A stretch of 64,000 nucleotides of DNA from Octopus sinensis (lineage: Eukaryota), in assembly GCF_006345805.1 (NCBI RefSeq), contig NC_042998.1:92690001-92754000 (forward strand), in the 5' to 3' direction. The position numbers were made by a program, and so were the translations under genes. Positions 39,545 through 52,859 of the stretch are shown in pieces (position 1 is the first letter of the stretch; each line of letters begins with the position of its first letter). The notes below the pieces were generated by a model. The model worked only from the letters and a program-made list of their open reading frames with translations. It was not told where the DNA came from and searched no databases.

Positions 39545-39754
39545 TCCTTTCTACTAAAGGCACAAGGCTTGAAACTAAGGGGAGGGGACATTTTGATTAC
39601 ATCGACCTCAGTGTTTCACTGGTACTTAATTTATCAACCCTGAAAGTATGAAAGGTAAAGTCAACCTCGGTGGAATCTGAACTCAGAATGTATTGGTGGA
39701 AGAAATACCACTAAGCATTTTGTCCAGTGTGTTACTGAATCTGCCAGCTTACTG

Positions 39755-39831
<77 letters not shown>

Positions 39832-40096
39832 GCATCAAATTTTGCCACAAGGGCAGTCATTTGGAGGGAGGGGATGAGTTGATTACATTGACCCCAGTGT
39901 TTCACTGGTACTTAATTTATTGACCTCAAAAAGATGAAAGGCAAAGTCAACCTCAGCAGAATTTGAACTCAGAACATGAAGACTGACGAAATACCGCTAA
40001 GCATTTCACCTGTCATGCTAATGATTCTGCCAGCTCACTGCCTTATTTAATAATAATAATAATAATAATAATAATGATAATAATAATAATAATAAT

Positions 40097-40150
<54 letters not shown>

Positions 40151-40365
40151 CCTTTCTACAATAGGCACAAGGTCTGGATTTTGTGGGGAGGGGAACAGTC
40201 AATCACATCAACCCCAGTGTTTCACTGATACTTAATTTATCAACTCCGAAAGGATGAAAGGCAAAGTCAACCTCAGCGGAATTTGAACTCAGAACGTAAT
40301 GTCTGACGAAACACTGTTAAGCATTTCGGCCGGTGTGCTGACGATTCTACCAGCTCACTGCCTTA
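39545..40365 (-). mobile_element. Three head-to-tail family B SINEs separated by (TAA)n
   Basis: ..AAAGTCAACCTC..GAACTCAGAA.. motif three times with TAA runs at 39759-39830 and 40049-40150. Confidence 0.8.
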
Positions 40366-41754
40366 ACAACAGCAACAACAAATCTAACTATCAATATGAC
40401 ATGCTTATTTCACTTGCTGTCTACCAAATTCATTCACAAGGCTTTGATCAGATGAAGCTATAGTGGACAATTCCTACTCTAGGTACTCTGCAGTTCAAGT
40501 GTACCTGGAACCATGAGGTTAGGAAGCAAACTTCTTACCATACTGGTGCATCTGCACCTATATGCATGTGTGTGTGTGTGTGTGTGTGTGCGCATGCGTG
40601 TGTGTGTATGTGTGTATGCGTGTGTGTGTACACATATATATGAATGTGTCTGTGTGTATTTATGTTTGTCCACCCCACTACTTGATAACCCTTTTTGGTT
40701 TGCCTGCATCCTTGCAACTTAGTGGTTCGGCAAAAGAGACTGATTAAATAAGTACTGTGGTCAATTTGTCTGACTAAACCTTTTAAGGCAGTACTCCAGT
40801 GTGGCCACAATCCAACACTTGAAACAAGTAAAAAGATAAAAGATGTAAGATATCTTATCATAGTTATACATATTGCTTTTGTTTATGCTCAAACTTTCAG
40901 ACAGGAAGAAGTGAATGGAAGCAAAAAGGAGTGTCAGGGAGCTAAATTGATAGCTACTCTGCAATCTATCAGGTTTGGTGTCGATTATAAAGCTAACAGG
41001 AATATAACTAAAGCTGGGTATTAAAACATTTCTATAATCGAGTTTTAAAGGCTATAAATAGAAACTAAACATGACTCTTAGAAAGTACATCATAAAAGGC
41101 TGCTTCAGACTTCAAAATGAGGTTTGTATGGAACTAAATGGATAGCTATTAACTGTGCCAAACAAAATTATTGTTGTCAGGTGTCAGAACTGGCTCATGC
41201 CTTCTGAAGAAAAGTCAGAAGAAGTGAAAGAAACAGAGCACATCATCATTGAAGGAAGATGATTAGACAAAAGATAAAAAGGTGACTGATTTATTTGTGG
41301 TTACTAAATCAGTTTTGTCATAATGTTCATTGTTCACCAGCAAATCAGTCATTCCGTACATGCAATGCACTAATAACCAAACTATCATGACTATAGAAGT
41401 GAAATACCTAGACATTGTAGATTTGGCTTTACATCTTAATTCTTAAGCCATACAACTGTCTAGTCAAATTTACAAGCTATCTAGTCTGTCTGGTTGTCTG
41501 TCTATTTATCCACCTGTCTATATATTTCTCTCTTTGTGTTAGTCTAAGTATAAGTACACATGTGTGTATGTATGTACATATGTAAGTATGTATGTATGTA
41601 TGTATCTATCTTTCTATCTATACATCCACCTATCTATCAATCTGTCTATCTATATGTGTATGTATATGCATGTGTGTGTGTATGTATGTGTAACATCTAT
41701 ACATCAATTACTCTCCTTCTAAAGCTAATTTAATATATGTACATATAATAATGA

Positions 41755-42432
41755 TAATGAAATTATTATATACAGTGCTCAGGTGCACCATTACTTGTCA
41801 AAAGTGTGTATAAAGCATATGCATTAATGTACAAATGTCTGGAAAGTGAACAGTGTATGAGTCAGATACATGCTTGCGTGTGTATGGAGGGCAGAAAATT
41901 AGGTGTAGTGTTGGCGAATCTCAGGAAGCATGGAAGTTTTGAAGGATGCAGTGCTCCGACGACTAACAACTGATGCTGGCAGTTTGTTCCATGCTTCAGC
42001 AACTCTTAGCATGAAAAAATATTTCTGAAAGTCATAGGAGTTGTGCTGTTTTTTGACCTTGTAAACATGTCCACGGGTGTTAGACAGGTGGAGTTTGAAA
42101 AGGTGCTCAGAGTTATTGTTTGTAAGATGGTTAATAATTTTATGGGTGTCTGCCAAGTTTGCTGCCAGATGTCGGAGTTTTAATGTATCCATGCCCAGAG
42201 AAGTAAGGCGTTCAGAATATGGCAAATGCCTGATGGAGGGTATTCTCTTAGTTGCATGCCAATGAACGGCTTCCAGACAATTAATATCCTGGGCAAGATA
42301 GAGGTTCCAGACTGGTGATGCAAATTCCAGGTGAGGTCGCACCATAGCTATATAAAGCTGTAGATAGATAGCCAGAGAGAGGCTCACAAAGGACTTGGTG
42401 AGTGATGCCAAGACACCCTCAGCCTTCTTGGC
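41755..42432 (-). mobile_element. CR1-clade LINE 3' fragment
   Basis: ORF 41899-42477 contains VRPHLEFASPVW, ATKRIP..YSERL, TRGH..K, FF.LRV..WNKLP: typical CR1 ORF2 C-terminus. Confidence 0.85.
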
Positions 42433-42784
42433 ACATATGTATATGTATATATATATATAGGAAATCAATTTTATCATTGTTTCAGTTTTCCCTTTTCTGT
42501 AATTGAATAAGCCAGACAGAATTTGTTGAAACAGATTTCTTACAAACAGACATGTGTTTGTGGAAGACTGGAAATGAAAGTTACTGCTTATATGATAGTA
42601 ACACTCCTTTATATCCCATCACAGAACATCAAGACAAGGAGACACAAGCATATGCACTCACACATACATACACATATACATACACACACGCATATATATA
42701 TATATATGCACACACGCACACATACATATATTCACACATACACACACATACAGACATGTGTGTGTGTATATATAAATAAAATGG

Positions 42785-43775
42785 ACAACAGGTCTCCCCA
42801 TGGGATCCAATCTCTCAGGCCTACTAGCCATCACCTGTATGAACCATCAGGAACGTCGAGCACTCAACATCTGCCGCTCATGCGCCTTATTCACCAGGTA
42901 TGTAGATGACATCCTCATACTCACATCCTTCCCGTGAAGAGGCTGACAGAATATTCACGATGTTCAACAACATGGACATGAACATAAAGTTCACTATAGA
43001 ACATCCTGAACACACTGGATCACTATCACTACTTGACTTCCAACTGAAAATAATGGAAGAAGGAGAAATCCATACTGAGTTCTACAGGAAAGCAGCCAGT
43101 GGAGATATATTTGTCCACTACAGTTTAGCACTTCCACTTGATGCCAAATTAGGATATGCCAGAAATGAACTTGCATGCATCCAGAGCAAATGCAGCAGGA
43201 CAGAGGATAAGGTGGCCCACACTATATACTTCCTAGAAATATTAAAAACCAATGGGTACCCTATAGCCATTATAAATCGGCTTAAGTACCCAAAATGAAC
43301 AACATGCCAAATGCACAAAAAACCCAGCAATGCATACTTCTTTAAAATACTCCATTTTAGCGAGAGGATAACTACAGCCATCTGAAGAGCCATATGAAGG
43401 AAAGGACTAGACATACAACTAGCCCACTCCGGCCCTTCTCTGAGAAGACACCTCGTAAGGAAACAAGTTAGGGGCAGCAATCAATGCACAATAGCAAACT
43501 ATCCCATTCGTGATGCAGACTTATACCAATGGATAAATGTTGTGTATAGAATACAATGTAACAAATGCAACAAGCTCTATGTGGGTAACACAAGGCCGTT
43601 ACACATTTGCATCAAAGAATACCTGAACATGAGAGCCTCCTCCTTCAGAAAACATCTTGACAGATGCCAGAACACTGACAAAAGCATAACAGTCACAATT
43701 GAGGCCAAAGAAAGAAATTTAAGAATAAAGGAAGCTATTCTCATAGACAGATTAGGGCCCCAAATCAACAACAAG
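42785..43775 (+). pseudogene. Decayed Penelope-like element (RT C-half + GIY-YIG)
   Basis: GLPMGS, RYVDDI, IKFTIE, LLDF, FYRK, then YRIQCNKCNKLYVG..KEAILI. Confidence 0.8.
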
Positions 43776-43997
43776 TATATATATGCACACACACATATAT
43801 ACTCGTATACACACATGCACAATCACATACACTGCATACATACACACAGCTCTTGGTGGTCCAACTTGGATATGCAATCTATGTGAGTGTCTTTTCAAAA
43901 CTTTGTCTGGTTTAAAAAGCCACATCAGATGCCATGATGGTTCTAAAGTGTAGGTACAGGAGGTGGTCAAACTCTGCATAAGGAGTAGACAACCACC

Positions 43998-44036
<39 letters not shown>

Positions 44037-44688
44037 ATCACCATCATCATTTAATATCCATGTTCCATACTGACATGGGTTGCACAGTTTGACAAGGACC
44101 GAGTGAGTCAAGAACTGCATTGTACTCCAGTGTTTGCTTTGGTATGGTTTCTACAGCTGGATGCCCTTCCTAACACCAACAAAATGACAGTATGGACTGG
44201 GTACTTTGTTTCATGCCACTGACACTATTGAGGTCATGATGCACTCATAAGTCAATAAACCCAAGGAGAGGGGATGTTACTTCTCTATGTTACATGGGGG
44301 TTAATGTATAGGGGAAGAGATAGAGTAGGGAGGAGCTTCTTGTAGAAGTGTTATATGGCTACTAACATTTAGGAGAGAGTGAGAATGAATTTTAATGATC
44401 TCCAAGGAGATAAACAGTGATGATGGGATGTTCTGGTGGCACCTCTGGTAGAAGGTGTAGTAGTGGGTGGAAGGAATGAGGGCTTACAAGAGTGTATGGG
44501 GGAGGAGATAGGGGAAGTAGAAAATGGAGGTAGAAAACATCTGTACTGATTGAGATGGGGTGCAAAGGGTTGGAGAAACTAGAAGAATATTTGCAGTACA
44601 GATACCATTGACAGGGTGAAGAGAGGGAGAGTGAGTGAGAGAGAGAGAGAGAGAGAAAGAGGGAGGGGGGAGAGAGGGAAAGAGAGAG

Positions 44689-44763
<75 letters not shown>

Positions 44764-44951
44764 CATTATGGGTGGAGTAGAGAGATAAAACAGGTATAAT
44801 GTATGAGACTGTGGAAATCAATTTTAATAGATAAAGAGGTTCTGGTTAACAGAGAGAAAAAAATTGGAATTGGGATGGGGGCAGGTGGCTGCTGTGGATA
44901 ATATGGTGTGAGGAAAGAGTGACATGGGGGGATTAATTGATTGGGATTTCC

Positions 44952-44988
<37 letters not shown>

Positions 44989-45079
44989 AACCTAGAAGCC
45001 AAATCAGATTGGAATCTGATGCAGCTCTTCTCTTGCAAACTCTCGTCAGATTGTCCAACTCATGCCATCATGGAAAATA

Positions 45080-46765
45080 GATCACCCAAAATATATAACC
45101 TGACTATAATAGAAAATTCATCGATCTGCATTACTTACCACTCAGTGAATGAGAAAGTATTTGAAATAAATGAGGACTTTTATAATTTAGCATTAGAGAA
45201 GGTGGAATATAGAGAAAAATTTAAATTCTCTAACAATAGTAATAATAGAAATGATAAACATAGTGGAATGTGCCATTCTGACAATAATCAAAATAGAATG
45301 CATAACATGAAGAACACCACTAACCACCAAGAATGGACAGTGGGAAGAGTTAAAGACAGAAAGTCTGTGCAATTAAAATACAACAATAGAGTACCTTGAA
45401 CCAAAAAGCAGAGTACAAATTGACATGAATTTGTGCCAAATAAAGCACCATTTGAGCATGGCTGCTACCGGTACCGCCTGACTGGCCCTCGTGCCAGTGG
45501 CACATAAAAGCACACATTACACTCTCAGAGTGGTTGGCGTTAGGAAGGGCATCCAGCTGTAGAAACTCTGCCAGATCAGATTGGAGTCTGGTGCAGCCAT
45601 CTGGTTCGCCAGACCTCAGTCATATTGTCCAACCCATGCTAGCATGGAAAGCGGACATTAAACGATGATGATGATGAAAGTGCTAAGTGACTTAGATAAG
45701 AATGGATCTACCAAGTAGTCCTATTCAGATAGGGGAGCTAACTGATAGATAAGCTCTGCTAATAGTACTATACAAATAACTGACAAATATCATGGCAAAT
45801 ATAATAGCAAACAAACCCAATGCTGAAATAAAAACTACTTATACAAAAAGTTTAGGTAGAAATAGCAATACCTACCTCAATAACATAGATACATCTAGCA
45901 ATATTGAGTGGTATATAATTCTCTTTGGAAAACAAATAATTTCCAATATACCAAAATTGTTCTATTTGGTATTGGCTAAACATTTTCTAAAAGACAGTAA
46001 ATACTATAGAATATTTAATAAACCTAGAATTTGACTAGCCTTTTCTAATACCAAAAATCTAGTACAAATTATAGCCGCACACAACACTAGTAGATTAAAC
46101 AGTTTCAATATAAACAATAACAACAAAAGTAATCAGAACAAATTATAGATTAATAAATAGCAACAATGTCAACATTGACAAACAAGCCATAAGTAACCTA
46201 ACTAGGTATGAGGAGAGGAACTATGCTTTGACAACCAATAAAACAGAAGCTACCCGAGCAAACTCTTGCATTAGCCAGGAAGTGGAAGATGTGAATCCTA
46301 AAAAGCACAGAACTCAGAATGTTGTCTATGTGGGAAAGAGTAATAGCTTAGAAGATATACAGGAGAATTTAAAAATCATTTCTAGTGAAGCTGAAGCAGA
46401 AGCTATTAATGGAAGTAATAACTATCAAATGTGATTGTGCAAAGAACAGGGTCTGTCTGCTTAATTCTAATTGTAGGTATAAAAATATTGTATACAGCTA
46501 TAAGGTTACCTCAGAGAATAGGGAGTACTTCTATATAGGAGCTAGCTCATGTTATATTAAGCAAAAAATTGCCAGTCATTCAAATTTGTTTAGACATAGG
46601 AACAAAATGAATACTACTAGCCTTAGCAAACTAATTTGGACATTAAAAGATAGTAACAAAATATATTCGATTTCCTGCAAAATAATTAGTAAGGCAAGAC
46701 CTTATAGAACAGATGATAATAAATGTAATTTTTGTGTGGAAGAAATGTATAAGCTAAGTAAAATC
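45080..46765 (+). pseudogene. Decayed PLE (thumb + GIY-YIG) interrupted by an RTE-related short element (45450-45676)
   Basis: NEKVF..YNLAL, KHF..RIFN, CDC..VCLLNSNC..IVY..YIGAS..SLSKLIW.LK..CNFC.EE motifs. Confidence 0.75.
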
Positions 46766-46969
46766 GCTGTCTTTCACACATACAGGTTTGTCTTTCAGGT
46801 GCCAGTGCCACTTAAAAAGCACCCAGCACACTTAGTTAAGTGGTTGGCATTAAGAAGGGCATCCAGCTGTAGAAACCATGCTTCAACAAGCAACTCCATG
46901 TCAAACTATCCAACCCATTCCAACATGGAGAGCAGATGTTAAATGATGATGGGGATGATGATGATCATA

Positions 46970-48370
46970 ATCATCATCATCGTTTAACGTCTGCTTTCCA
47001 TGCTGGCATGGGTTGGACGGTTTGAAGCTGCACCAGACTCCAGTTTAATTTGCAAGGTTTCTACAGCTGGATGCCCTTCCTTATGCCAACCACTCTGAGA
47101 GTGCAGTGGGTAATTTTACTTGCCACTGGCACAGGAGCCAGTCAGGCAGCAGAGGTATTAGCCATGCTCGAATGGTGTTTTTTATGTGCTAGTCAGGCAG
47201 CACTGGCATTGGTCATGCTTGAATGGTGCTTTTTACATACCACTGGCATGAGTGCAAGTCAGGCAGCACTGGCATTGGCCACAACTACGATTTCACTCAG
47301 TTCAACAGGTTTTCACAAGTATGGCATATTTCCCAACGATTGAAGGGTGCTTTTAAATGGGCCAGTTATGTGACACTGGCATCAACCATGACTATAATTT
47401 CACTTGGCTTTCTGGGTCCTCTCAAGCACAGCATATCTCCAAAGGTCTCAGTCACTTGTCATTACCTCTGTGATGCCCAATGTTTAAAGGTTGTGCTTCA
47501 CCACTTCATCCCATGTCTTCCTGGGTCTACCTCTTTCACAGATTCCCTCCACTGTTAGGGGGTGACACTTCTTCACACAGCTGTCCTCATCCATACACAT
47601 CACATGACCATACCAGTGCCGTCGTCTCTCTTGGACACCACATCTGATACTTCTTATGTCCAACTTTTCTCTTTGTGCACTTATCCTATGATGTCCATGC
47701 ACTTACATTGCACTTCCAATGGAGCATGCTAGTTTCATTTCTCTCAAGTCTTTTCTTGCCCTCTGTATTCAAGGCCCATGTCTCACTACCATGTCTCATT
47801 ACCATTCTAACACAAGTATCATACAATCTGCCTTTCTCTCTGAGAGAAAAGACCTTTATTGCCAACAGCTGCAGTAACTGATTGAACTTTTCCCAGCCCT
47901 TTCATATGCTGGTTACTATGCTTTTGGTGAAGCCATCTCCCTAGTTAATTACATTCCACAAGTAGCAAAAGCTATCAACTAATTCTAGTGACATTATTTA
48001 CATTATTTACACTATTTACATTTGATGGATATTTGTCCTCATCGTGTTTGTTGTTAGCACAACGTTTCAGTTGATATACCCTCCAGCGTTTATCAGGTGT
48101 CTTGGGGAAATTCCGAACCTGGGTTCTCATTGCTAAGGTATTTTTCAATGTTATTATTATTATTATTATTATTAATATTCAGGTCACTGCCTGGAATCAA
48201 ACTTGGAATCTTGGGGTTAGTAGCCCTTGCTCTTAACCACTATGCCATATGCCCATGGGTTTAAATATAGAACTGTAATTCTAGTGAGTTGTCTGGGCAT
48301 TTAAGAGACTCAGTTTCCAGTGTGTTAGTATGAACTTCCCCAGTGCATCTACCATGTATGAAACCTAAAT
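46970..48370 (-). mobile_element. Older RTE 3' fragment (RT C-terminus + UTR), interrupted at 47992-48275
   Basis: ORF 47484-47702 (REKLDIRSIRCGVQERR..WYGHV..GRPRKTWDEVVKH) matches the RTE ORF end. Confidence 0.85.
47992..48275 (-). mobile_element. tRNA-headed, hammerhead-containing SINE-like element with 12-bp TSD
   Basis: TSD TAATTCTAGTGA (47980-91, 48276-87); tRNA-like head 48182-48254 with A box TGGCATAGTGG and B box-like GTTTGATTCC; degenerate HHR 48056-48101; short plus-strand tail TTAAATATAGAACTG. Confidence 0.8.
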
Positions 48371-48932
48371 TTTTGGATAATCTTCCAATGATTGCTCACA
48401 CAGGCAAACACACACACATGTATGCGCGTGTGTATATAATTTCCTTTATTTGTTTGTTTTCCATGCCAGCATGAGTTAGACAAATATGTTATTGTGATAT
48501 TGTTTTAAAGCTGGGTACCCTTCTTGTCATCAACCCTTATCTTTTTTTCTTGTTAGGGTATGCTTATTCCACACTTCTTTGAAGATGAAACTTCAACAAG
48601 AGATTTGCTGACATGAAAAATGACATCATCAGTAGTAGGTCATTGACTTTTCAGAGGCATAAATATATGCAAACTTGCAGCACCCCCCACCAACACATAC
48701 ACACACAAACACACATAAACTGACACACATAAGCATTCATACACACACACACACACACACACATAAACTGACACACATAAGCATTCATATACACACACAT
48801 AAGCGTTTACGTACACAGATACACACAAACGCACACATAAGCATTCACACACACACACAAACACATGCACACACACATGCATATGCACACATACACACAT
48901 ACACACATGCACACATACACTCTTGTGTACAC

Positions 48933-49012
48933 ACACACTCGCTTGTTCACACACTCACTCGCTTGTTCACACACTCACTCGCTTGTTCACACACTCACTC
49001 GCTTGTTCACAC
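48933..49012 (+). repeat. 20-bp tandem repeat (CACTCGCTTGTTCACACACT) x~4
   Basis: Direct reading. Confidence 0.9.
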
Positions 49013-49639
49013 ACAGACACACCTGCACAAGAGGCTTCTTTGAGTTTCTGTCTACTAAAGCCACTTATAAGGCTTTGGTTTGCTCAGTGCTGTAGTAGAA
49101 GACACTTGTTCAAGGTGTCTCACAGTGAGAAAGAATATGAATCCATATGACTGCATAATAAACTTCTTAACTATACACACTGCCATGACTGGGTATATAT
49201 TATAATATATATATACGTACAAATACATGTGTATATATATGTATGTGTATATATATATATGTGTATGTGTGGTAGTGCCCCGGCATGGCCACAGCTCATG
49301 AGCTGAAACTAGATAAAATTTAAAAAATGAAAATAAAAAAATATATGTATCTATGTACATGTGCATATGTTGCATGTGTGTATGTGTGTGTATGTGTGTG
49401 TATGTGTGTGTGTGTGCATGTGTGTGTGTGTGCATGTGTGACTCTTCTTTCTCTTCCTTCAAAATTCTTCATTAAAAAAAAATTAAATGTCCACTTTTTT
49501 TGTGAGAATTGTTGAAAGCAAATCATTTATTGTATTCAGAATTTAAAAAAAAATCAGGAATAATGTTTCTTCATAACGAAAATTTAATTATCAATGCTTC
49601 TATTCACTTCTATCAATAATCCTTTTTTCATATTTTATA

Positions 49640-49900
49640 ATCATACTAGCAGCAAGTGTTTTCAATAATGTATACCCTAATTCCTACCATTCTTCCTGAA
49701 CTATTTCAAATAAAAATTACCTGCATTTTTAGAAAAGCTCTTCAATTCAGCTGCAATTCAATGGAGTTGCCACTATAAATGTTCAATAGTGTTTAAAAAC
49801 GACATCCTAATTTTGACTAATTTGTCAGAATAAGCTGGAGCATTATCATGTTGGTATATTGCCAATCTGGGTTGAGTAAGTAGTTCTATAATAGGAAGTT
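49640..49900 (-). pseudogene. Tc1-like transposase remnant
   Basis: Minus-strand IYQHDNAPAY and LNTIEHL resemble Tc1 QQDNAPAH and LNPIENLW motifs. Confidence 0.5.
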
Positions 49901-50504
49901 GCCTTTATTAAATTTCTTGCTTGTAAGACTTGCATTGTCGACAATGAGTTCTGCAAGAGTTCTAATTGGCAAGACACCTTTGTGCAATTTATGTCAACGT
50001 CCCCGAAATCAAAAAGTCCCTATCACTTCCACTACCACCACTGACACTGCCACCACCATCACCATCATCACTACTGCTGCCACTGCTATGGCTGCCACTG
50101 TCATGGGTGCCACTACTGCCAGCACCACCACCACCACCTGCTTTCCTGGCTACTGGCTTTAAAATCTTGACTTTCATGGTTTATTCTTTCAACATGTAAT
50201 TGTTAATGAAATCTCTAATTTGTTTCTTTCTGCATTTACTTATTTATTCATTTATTCCTTTATCATTTACTTGTTTCAGTCATTGAACTGTGGTCATGCT
50301 GGGGCACTACCTTCAAGTGTTTAGTCAAACAACTCAGCCCAAATACTTATTCGTTTTTTAAGTTTGGTACTTATCTGTAATTATTTTATCAGTTTCTTTA
50401 TCAAACTGCTATAGTAATGTTACAGTAATGTAAATGAATAAAATCCAGTTGCAAAGCAGTGGCAGGGAACAGGCACACACATAGATATATACATAGATAT
50501 ATAC

Positions 50505-50546
<42 letters not shown>

Positions 50547-50809
50547 TCAATCTAAATATGAACAAACAAGAAAAAACTACAGCGCAAGGACGTGAAATAA
50601 GTACAGTGTTAGTCGATGCTCAGGAAAGGAAAGAAAAGAAAGATGATTTCACGTTTCGAGCGGAGCTCTTCATCAGAAATATAGAAAAAGGCTGGAGGGT
50701 ATATCAGCTGAAATGTCGTGTTAACAACAATCAAGACGAGGGCAAATATCCATCAAATGTAAATAATGTAAATAATGTACATAATTCATCATCTCTTAAA
50801 TATAGAACT
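50547..50809. mobile_element. Composite of two different HHR-element families in opposite orientation, inside a family C SINE
   Basis: Minus-strand HHR at 50646-50680 fused to the plus-strand 3' end (50688-50809) of the tRNA-HHR family. Confidence 0.7.
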
Positions 50810-51269
50810 TCAGTCCTTTTTTTACCCAGTATGGCTACAGTCCTGTGACTGAAACAAGTTAACGATAAAAGATATATACGGGAGGCTAATTTCAGTTTCT
50901 GCCTATTAAATCAACTCACAAGGATTTGGTCAGCTTAGTGCTCTAGTAGAAGATATTTGCTCAAAGTGCCATGCAGTGGGGCTGAACTTGTAACTTTGTG
51001 GTTGGGAAGCGAGCTTCCTACCACACAGCCATGCCTGGCAAAGATATAGCCGTCAATGTAATATGAAAGACAGTGCAGAAGGTGGCCAGTGTTTCCTAGC
51101 TTTAGCAAAAGTGAAGAAGCCTGAAACATATAAGATATCTTGTAATAGTGTGATTACACAGAACAATGTAGAACAATAAACTTCAACAGGTAAACAGATT
51201 ATAAATGATTATCAGCTAAAATTGAAACAAAGCGAAAGAGAGATTAATGATGTATAAAACAGAACAAAA

Positions 51270-51670
51270 CATCACCACAACTACCGCCACCTCTACCACC
51301 ACCACCACCAGCACCACCACCAGCACCAGCACCACCACCAGCACCACCATCATCATCATCTTCATCATCATCAATGTTGTCATTGTTGTCATGGTCATCA
51401 TTATCATCATCATCATCATGGCTATCCCTCCTACTCCTTCTTCTGCTCCTCCTGCTTCTCCTCCTCCTCCTCACCATCATCACCACTGCACCAACGTTCA
51501 TGAATCTTATCCTCCTCCTCCTTCTCATCATCATTGTCGTTGTTGTTGTTGTCGCCATCATCGTCGTCATTGTCATCATTATCATCATCATCATCATATT
51601 CATAATCATTGTCATTGTCATCATCACCATCATCATCATAGTTGTCATTAGCAGCAGCTGCAGCAGCATA
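51270..51670 (+). repeat. Mixed trinucleotide low-complexity tract
   Basis: CAC/CAT/CTC/TGT/CAG runs. Confidence 0.9.
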
Positions 51671-51883
51671 TTCATATGATTGCACTGGTTTGATGTTTCT
51701 ATAATACAGTAAATTTCAACTAAGCTTGATCCTGTGTCATCTTGTTTGTGAAAACCAATATCCTGAGATATGACATCACTACTTCCTTCCCTGTCTTTAG
51801 CTTTCTTTGGTCTTCCTCGGTCTTCCTCTGGCATTATTGCTACACACACATGCACATATATCTCTATAAATATATAAATACAT

Positions 51884-51914
<31 letters not shown>

Positions 51915-51977
51915 CATATATATGTATATATATATATGTATATATATATATGTATATATATATGTATATATATATGT

Positions 51978-52013
<36 letters not shown>

Positions 52014-52181
52014 CTTGCACATCTATATACATACACACATACAAGCACACATACATATATATATATATATGATTTTATATATATATATGTGCGTGTGTGT
52101 GTGTGCATTTGTGTAAACAATGACGATGATATATATATCATCATCATCGTTTAACATCCTCATTCTATGCTGGCATGGATG

Positions 52182-52212
<31 letters not shown>

Positions 52213-52859
52213 TACATACATACATACATACATACATACACACACACATATATATATGCATGCATACATACATACTTATATGTATATATAAACACATACA
52301 TATATGGATTGTCGCTAATCCAAACAAGTAGTAGTTTAGAAGAAATAAATGAAGTTGAAAATGCATAGAGAATGCATAAAGATATATTTAAATTTTAAAA
52401 TATGGATATTTATTCATGCTTAACTGTTGATTTGTTGATTTTTAAAAGTGTACATTATGAGGAATATGAAGGTGTGTCACAAACTGTATCTTTCCGAGCC
52501 ATTGTTTTCAAAATCATTTGTTTTTATTGAGAGAATGTGGCTCTGTTTCCTATCAGTTAAAGGAGAGATTGATTAGTTGAGGATAGTAATATGACAGCTC
52601 TGTGAGAAGATTGTGCCGAAACTTTATTCCAGTAGATATGTCATGATATTCAGAAATGAAGGCAACTGAAAGTTACTATGATCAAAATCAAAGTATAATT
52701 AATGAACTTAAAAAGAGGGATATGAATCATTTTCATCAGCAGGGATATAAAATACAACCATGGATAACATCCATAGCAAATGGCAAATTGAATATTAATG
52801 ATAGTTTTATTGCCCGTTCTGCTGTGGCTTTTAGTTTTTAATAAACAAACTCTCTTTAT

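Noticed and set aside
40899-41282. Two AG..GT bounded purine-rich segments resembling exons
   Set aside because: No recognisable protein and no way to confirm splicing from sequence alone.
45080-46765. Selenocysteine recoding as described for some Naiad PLEs
   Set aside because: The copy is decayed with frameshifts and mixed stops; no TGA at conserved Cys positions or SECIS could be supported.
48182-48254. Possible tRNA gene (also SINE heads at ~330-400, 14965, 26800)
   Set aside because: Acceptor and T stems are mispaired and each runs into a repeat body; these are SINE heads.
52460-52850. Possible mariner remnant
   Set aside because: Only faint similarity to a transposase C-terminus, and no TIR pair found.
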